The translations under genes were made by a program, and so were the position numbers. DNA of 64,000 nucleotides from a virus, in IMG/VR virus record IMGVR_UViG_3300047462_000154, positions 1-64,000 of that record. One strand, given 5' to 3'. Positions 58,885-64,000 of the stretch are shown piece by piece; within the stretch, counting starts at the first letter, position 1; each line of letters starts with the position of its first letter. The notes beneath the pieces were generated by a model. The model was not told the DNA's origin. It did no database searches and was given only the letters and a program-made list of their open reading frames with translations.

Positions 58885-59994
58885 TTGTTTTGCTTTAATT
58901 TGGATAATGAATTACGTCATACTTTTTTTGAAGGTGGTAGAGATATTCCCATGTCAGAAGAAGAACGTATTGCGATGCTTCGTGAAGGAATTCTCGGTGT
59001 TAAACCAAGCAATAATGGAATTTGGAAACATATTAATTCTAAAAAATTAGCATCAGAAATAAATCGCATGCATCGTAATGGTTCTTGGAAAACAAATGAT
59101 TTATGGAATTTTCAAGATTATGTAAAAGGCAGCGGAGGAATTAGCAGAGATTCTTCGATTGGTACAATTGGCGGCGGAAATCATTTCCAAGAACTGCAAT
59201 ATGTAGAAGAATGTATTGATAGAAAAACTTGTTATGATTGGGGAATTAAAAAAGGTTATGTGGCGATAATGGCACATACTGGTTCTGTTGATTTTGGAAG
59301 CAGTGTTGGTGGCTATTTTATGGATTTAGCCAAAGAAATATTTCCAAAAATTGAACATCCAGAACATGGTTTTTATCCTTTGCCTACTGTTGGAAAATTA
59401 AAAGATAATGGTATGAAATATTTGTCTGCAATGGGTTTGGCGGCGAATTTTTCAATTGTTAATCGTTTAATGCTTACAGAATTAACATTGCGTTGTTTAT
59501 CAAAAGTTTCTGGTAAAGAAATTACTGGTCATTTGGTATATGATGCGCCACACAATCTTGTTTGGAGTGATGCTGATTGTTGCACACATATACATCGAAA
59601 AGGCGCTACACCAGCAGAAAAATTTGATTGTGATGATGGATTTCCAAATGGTCATCCAGTAATCATTCCTGGTTCTATGGGCGATGCGAGTTATGTTTTA
59701 AAGGGCAATGGCTCACTTGCAAGTCTTTGCAGCGCACCGCATGGCGCAGGCAGAATAACGGCACGTGGAGAGGGCAGGAGAGGCGATATTAAAGAATTGG
59801 ATACTGTTAGGGTAATTACAAAAATGGACCCTAAAAAGGTTCGCAAAGACATTCGTGACGAATTGATTAAAAACTTAATGGAAGAAGCACCAAGCAATTA
59901 TAAAGATGTTATGCCAGCCATTGAAACGGTAAAAAATGCTGGTATTGCAGAACCAGTTGCGAAATTAATGCCATTGCTTACGGTGAAAGGATAA
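58885..59994 (+). CDS. rtcB: RtcB RNA ligase, N-terminally truncated
   Basis: GGGNHF.E, HTGS, HN, HRKGA, PGSMG, HGAGR, EEAP..YK, KG present; N-terminal DxxC missing. Confidence 0.8.
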   Translation: MFCFNLDNELRHTFFEGGRDIPMSEEERIAMLREGILGVKPSNNGIWKHINSKKLASEINRMHRNGSWKTNDLWNFQDYVKGSGGISRDSSIGTIGGGNHFQELQYVEECIDRKTCYDWGIKKGYVAIMAHTGSVDFGSSVGGYFMDLAKEIFPKIEHPEHGFYPLPTVGKLKDNGMKYLSAMGLAANFSIVNRLMLTELTLRCLSKVSGKEITGHLVYDAPHNLVWSDADCCTHIHRKGATPAEKFDCDDGFPNGHPVIIPGSMGDASYVLKGNGSLASLCSAPHGAGRITARGEGRRGDIKELDTVRVITKMDPKKVRKDIRDELIKNLMEEAPSNYKDVMPAIETVKNAGIAEPVAKLMPLLTVKG

Positions 59995-60058
59995 AAAAAT
60001 CTTGATTAAAATATTTTTATAATATAAATAGATTTCTCATTTCTTTGGAGTAAAAATT

Positions 60059-60232
60059 ATGAAAATCAAAACCATTAAGTTCGAAAACAATGTTGTTGCA
60101 ATTGAAACCGACGATAATAAATTTTCATTTTGCACTGAAAATCATTTGATGCTATTAAAAAGTGGTAGATATGTTAAAGCAAAATTTTTGAAAGAAAATG
60201 ATTTGCTTAACGATGAATTAGAAAACGTTTAA
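60059..60232 (+). CDS. 57-aa stand-alone intein/Hint block-B fragment
   Basis: IETDDNKFSFCTENHLMLLKSGRYVKAKFLKENDLL; TATAAATA at 60023, GGAG SD. Confidence 0.55.
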   Translation: MKIKTIKFENNVVAIETDDNKFSFCTENHLMLLKSGRYVKAKFLKENDLLNDELENV

Positions 60233-60247
60233 AATAATCGCGTTAAA

Positions 60248-61102
60248 TCACATAACATAAACTTTACCAATGGAAGCGCCAAGAAGATTTTCAATATCTT
60301 CTTCGGTGTTTTCTCTCATTGATACTAATTCAATATTAGCATCTTCTAAATTTGAACAACGATAATATTGTCCTTTATATCCTTTAAATATTGCAGGACA
60401 TGGATTAAATTTTATTGTTCCAGTAATTAAATATTGCGCAATTAATTCACAATAAAATTCAAAAAATGTTCTTAATTTTTTATCTCTTGCTGATTTGAAT
60501 GTTCCTATTTCTTGAACAAATTTTTTTAATGTTATAGGAATTTCTTCTGCATTTCTAAATAAAAAATAACTTGGTGGCTGATTTACAAAATTATGACCAA
60601 CATCAATTCTATATAATTTCATAATTTCTTTTAAATACATTTTAAAAGTTTTTGTAAATTTTTCAAATTCATAACTACCGTTAATTCCGCCTTTTCTATA
60701 CAATACATGTCCTAGCCTATGACCTAAAATCCAAGCTGTCATTGGCACGCGCTCTGAGCCTTTATTGTTTGTGAAAATAACATTGATTGCCTCTGGACTT
60801 AATAAATCATTAGAAGTTATTTTGCCTTCTTTGACCATTTCTTCATAAAATTTTGGCATATTTTCATAAAGCCAGTTTCTACCAACTTCCCCAACTTCGG
60901 TATGACGATTTGCTTCTGGTGAATTTACAAAATAAAAATTAAATGGAATGGTTGTATTCAACCATTGTTGTTTTATTTTTTCTTGTGCTTTTGGATTAGT
61001 TAATAATTTTCTATCTTGTTCTTTGTAAGAAGAATTTTTATTCCAGTTTCCATGTAGCGCAAAATCTTCGATTGGCGTTTCAAAAAGTTGTTTAATCAGC
61101 AT
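60248..61102 (-). CDS. Zincin-like protein with HRxxH; tag MLIKQLFE
   Basis: WILGHRLGHVL...E...ELIAQYL. Confidence 0.55.
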   Translation of the reverse strand: MLIKQLFETPIEDFALHGNWNKNSSYKEQDRKLLTNPKAQEKIKQQWLNTTIPFNFYFVNSPEANRHTEVGEVGRNWLYENMPKFYEEMVKEGKITSNDLLSPEAINVIFTNNKGSERVPMTAWILGHRLGHVLYRKGGINGSYEFEKFTKTFKMYLKEIMKLYRIDVGHNFVNQPPSYFLFRNAEEIPITLKKFVQEIGTFKSARDKKLRTFFEFYCELIAQYLITGTIKFNPCPAIFKGYKGQYYRCSNLEDANIELVSMRENTEEDIENLLGASIGKVYVM

Positions 61103-61116
61103 TATAGAATCCTTGT

Positions 61117-61130
61117 GATAAATATTTATC
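61117..61130. promoter_or_regulatory. Palindromic bidirectional late promoter
   Basis: GATAAATATTTATC carries TAAATA on both strands between divergent genes. Confidence 0.65.
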
Positions 61131-61132
61131 TA

Positions 61133-62347
61133 ATGAACCTACAAGATATATTTTTAACTGAACAAAAAGTTTTGCCAAAGGTTTTTTACCATGGCACGCC
61201 TAACAAATTTGAGCATTTTGATTTAGATTTTATTGGTGCTAAAGAAGCAAAAGACCAAGATGGTCCTGGTTTTTATTTTACTGACAATATAGACACAGCA
61301 AGAGGATATGCTGGAAAAACTGGTGTTATTTTAAAATGTGAATTATTTCCAAGAAAAATTGTAAAATCTACTGGAAAAATAAATTTTAATATGGTAAATT
61401 TTATGATTAAAAATGCACCAGATTATCAATCCACATTAGAAAATTTCGATGAAAACCCAATCAAAGCTTTTAATGATGCAATTAGATTAATTGTAACACC
61501 AAATAATCCAAAACAAACGTTTGAACAAATTTGGTATGATTTTTATCGATATGAAGCAAAACAATGGGCAATAAACATGAGCAAATTTACTTATGATGCT
61601 GTTCTTGTAAACACACAAAATGGCGACACCCATATTATTATGTTAAATCCAGATAAGATAAAAATAATAGAACGTATTGCACCATTAAATGAAATAGAAC
61701 TTGGTGGTGGCGTATCATCAATTGATTTGGAAGATAAAAGAAATCTTGATTATAAAAATAAACAACAAGATTTGTTTCCAGAAATACCAACGATAGAACC
61801 AAACGTTCCAAGAGGTTATCAATATGTTGGTAACATGGGCGAATACGGAATTGTTAAGAAAAAAGACACTTATGACCATTATAATTATTATGGTAAAATT
61901 GAATCCACACATAATAGTTTTCAATATGTTTTCACGCATTTTGGTAAACCAATTGGTTATGTTTATGTTGTTGAAAATCCACCTATAGCTTCGCATTTGG
62001 AATTATCTGGAAAAGGATTATTGATCAAGCAAGTTTATATTGAAGAAGATGAACGTGGCAAAAATTTAGATTTAAAATTTTATTATTGGCTTTTGACACA
62101 TGTTTGTGATTATATTTTACCCGACACTACTCATACAGAAGAGGGTGCAAGATTATGGAGAAAATTGAATCAATCGAGATTGTTTGATATGTATGTGTAT
62201 GACCCAAGAACTGGAACGTCTCGTAAAAGATGGGCGGGAAAAGATTGGAATCAAATATATAATAACGATGATTTACAACCATTTCTTACATTAAAAGGTA
62301 GATATGTTGATTCAGATGAATATGAAAGCGAATTTGATGACAATTAA
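61133..62347 (+). CDS. ART-PolyVal-like domain plus GNAT-like domain; tag MNLQDIFLTE
   Basis: FYHGT..F..FD...GPGFYFTD...A.GYA; C-terminal V.I....RGK.L...Y...D..HT.EG..LW. Confidence 0.7.
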   Translation: MNLQDIFLTEQKVLPKVFYHGTPNKFEHFDLDFIGAKEAKDQDGPGFYFTDNIDTARGYAGKTGVILKCELFPRKIVKSTGKINFNMVNFMIKNAPDYQSTLENFDENPIKAFNDAIRLIVTPNNPKQTFEQIWYDFYRYEAKQWAINMSKFTYDAVLVNTQNGDTHIIMLNPDKIKIIERIAPLNEIELGGGVSSIDLEDKRNLDYKNKQQDLFPEIPTIEPNVPRGYQYVGNMGEYGIVKKKDTYDHYNYYGKIESTHNSFQYVFTHFGKPIGYVYVVENPPIASHLELSGKGLLIKQVYIEEDERGKNLDLKFYYWLLTHVCDYILPDTTHTEEGARLWRKLNQSRLFDMYVYDPRTGTSRKRWAGKDWNQIYNNDDLQPFLTLKGRYVDSDEYESEFDDN

Positions 62348-62804
62348 AGATGTAACTATTCAATTATTTCAAAGATATAAATCAATTATTGAAAAATATC
62401 CTGAAGAAGATGGCGACGAAACATCGTTAAATCATTTAAAGTGGATGTGTGACCATGTTTTAAATTCTGACATGCCAATTGATAAAATGTCTCGTTGGTT
62501 AGGGTTTGTTCAAGGGTTATTGACGGCTAAAAAAATAATTTCTGTAGAAGAAGAAAGAAATTTTTCAAGACCATTATTTCATCAAGCTTATGAAAATGAA
62601 GATATAAATAATCCTGGTAAACACGAAAGAAAAGTTTTTAGGACAGAGGACGTATCAGAAGAAACCATTAAGGTAATTATGAATTCAAAAATGGATGAAA
62701 AACATAATTATTTAAATGATGAACTTTTATTTGATTGGAATCCAGAAGAAGTTTTTGAGATTAATAGAAAAACAATTTATTTAAACAAAGAAATAGGAGA
62801 TTAA
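62337..62804 (+). CDS. Hypothetical protein
   Basis: HLKWMC...DKMSRWLGFVQG..ERNFSRPLF plus an extra C-terminal segment. Confidence 0.6.
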   Translation: MTIKDVTIQLFQRYKSIIEKYPEEDGDETSLNHLKWMCDHVLNSDMPIDKMSRWLGFVQGLLTAKKIISVEEERNFSRPLFHQAYENEDINNPGKHERKVFRTEDVSEETIKVIMNSKMDEKHNYLNDELLFDWNPEEVFEINRKTIYLNKEIGD

Positions 62805-62805
62805 T

Positions 62806-63081
62806 ATGAATCAATTTATTTTATGGGGGAAACCAGATTGCAAGTTTTGCAGTCTTGCAAAATTTTTAATTAAAAACAAAGGCGATATTATCAATCAAGA
62901 ATATTCTGTGACAGAAGGCGATGTTTCTGAAGGCGTAATTAAATCAACAAAACAAGAACTTTTAAATAAAAATATGTTTGCTAAATCATATCCTCAAATT
63001 TGGTTATTGAATGAAGATGGTTCTGAAAAATATATTGGTGGGTTTGATGATTTAACTGCATGGTATAATTCAAAAGTTTAA
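62806..63081 (+). CDS. Glutaredoxin
   Basis: CKFC, YPQI, YIGGFDDL. Confidence 0.85.
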   Translation: MNQFILWGKPDCKFCSLAKFLIKNKGDIINQEYSVTEGDVSEGVIKSTKQELLNKNMFAKSYPQIWLLNEDGSEKYIGGFDDLTAWYNSKV

Positions 63082-63083
63082 AA

Positions 63084-63275
63084 ATGACTATTTACAGCGC
63101 CAAAGATATTTTGAAACTTGGTGATTTTACCAACAACGTAGATGATGTAGAAAAATTATTTGCTAAAGCTTTAACATATGCTCACGATAAATATGACCCA
63201 TGTGATGTTGTTATTTCTTACAATCATTTGATTGTAGAATATTTGGCATCACATGGATTTATAATTAAAAAATAG
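63084..63275 (+). CDS. Hypothetical protein
   Basis: ORF in operon. Confidence 0.5.
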   Translation: MTIYSAKDILKLGDFTNNVDDVEKLFAKALTYAHDKYDPCDVVISYNHLIVEYLASHGFIIKK

Positions 63276-63448
63276 TTTTATAAAACTATTTTTATAATTA
63301 AATTGATATTATGATTTATATTTTGCTACAAATTAATGAAGAAATTGAAATTAATGGGAATAAAATAAAGAAGATTTTTTCTTCGCCACGTTTAAGAAAA
63401 ACACTTAATGAAAATATTCAATATGAAATGGCGGCATAAATATATTTT

Positions 63449-64000
63449 ATGAATGGTAAAAAATTAGACCAATTTTATACGAAAAAAGATATTGCATTTG
63501 AATGTTTCAATACAACGGTATCAACAATAACTCAAAATAATATAATTTTTGACTTATGGTTGGAACCTTCTGCTGGAACAGGAGCATTTTTTAAATTATT
63601 ACCAAATAATAAAATAGGTATTGATTTAAAACCAAAATCAGAAAATATTATACAGTCTGATTTTTTAAAATTTGATATGTTGCCATATATTTTAGAAGAT
63701 AAAAAATTTGTTACTATCGGAAATCCGCCATTTGGAAAAAATTCATCACTTGCAATAAAATTCTTTAACAAATGTGCGGAAAATTCTGTTTTAATTGCTT
63801 TTATATTACCAAAAACATTTAAAAAAATAAGCATATTAAACAAATTAAATAAAAGTTTTCATTTAATATATGAAATAGATTTACCAAAATATTCTTTTGA
63901 GTTTGAAAACAATGAATATGATGTTCCGTGTGTATTTCAAATTTGGAAAAAAGACGAGGCAAAAAGAAAAAAAATTATTTTTACAACAACACATGATGAT
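63449..64000 (+). CDS. Amino-methyltransferase (probable DNA N6-adenine MTase), runs off the window
   Basis: LDQFYT, EPSAGTGAF (motif I), GNPPFG (motif IV); TAAATA 6 nt upstream. Confidence 0.8.
   Translation, partial: MNGKKLDQFYTKKDIAFECFNTTVSTITQNNIIFDLWLEPSAGTGAFFKLLPNNKIGIDLKPKSENIIQSDFLKFDMLPYILEDKKFVTIGNPPFGKNSSLAIKFFNKCAENSVLIAFILPKTFKKISILNKLNKSFHLIYEIDLPKYSFEFENNEYDVPCVFQIWKKDEAKRKKIIFTTTHDD

Noticed and set aside
63532-63843. 103-aa minus-strand ORF
   Set aside because: Antisense shadow of the methyltransferase that runs off the window

Overview
AT-rich segment of a large lytic myophage (jumbo-phage-like, distantly T4-related). It has no lysogeny genes and no CRISPR array. Replication and nucleotide genes include a primase, a DnaB/gp41-type helicase, a probable clamp-loader small subunit, a 190-aa mini DnaE-like polymerase core, NrdA/NrdB, a glutaredoxin, a PD-(D/E)XK exonuclease and a partial adenine MTase. 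There are also virion/prohead genes, RNA-repair genes (HNH-RNA ligase, truncated RtcB, phosphoesterases), six tRNAs and a J-domain/pseudokinase-vWA-PurA-like module. Two promoter classes are visible: TTGACA-N16/17-TAnnnT and a T4-late-like (TA)TAAATA that is often only 5-6 nt upstream of the start codon. A LabA/NYN homologue hints at an alphaproteobacterial host (inference). The best novel candidate (9112-9551, minus strand) is a late, leaderless 32-aa leader peptide with Phe/Trp/Tyr codons, embedded in a 1:2/2:3/3:4 attenuator whose terminator ends exactly at an operon of tRNA-Trp, tRNA-Phe and tRNA-Tyr. This looks like a ribosome-stalling sensor that switches on replacement tRNAs. Second, about 10 dispersed ADP-ribosyltransferase-like genes and other enzymes mostly share a short N-terminal capsid-targeting-like tag. 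All protein calls come from motif recognition by eye; no database searches were run.
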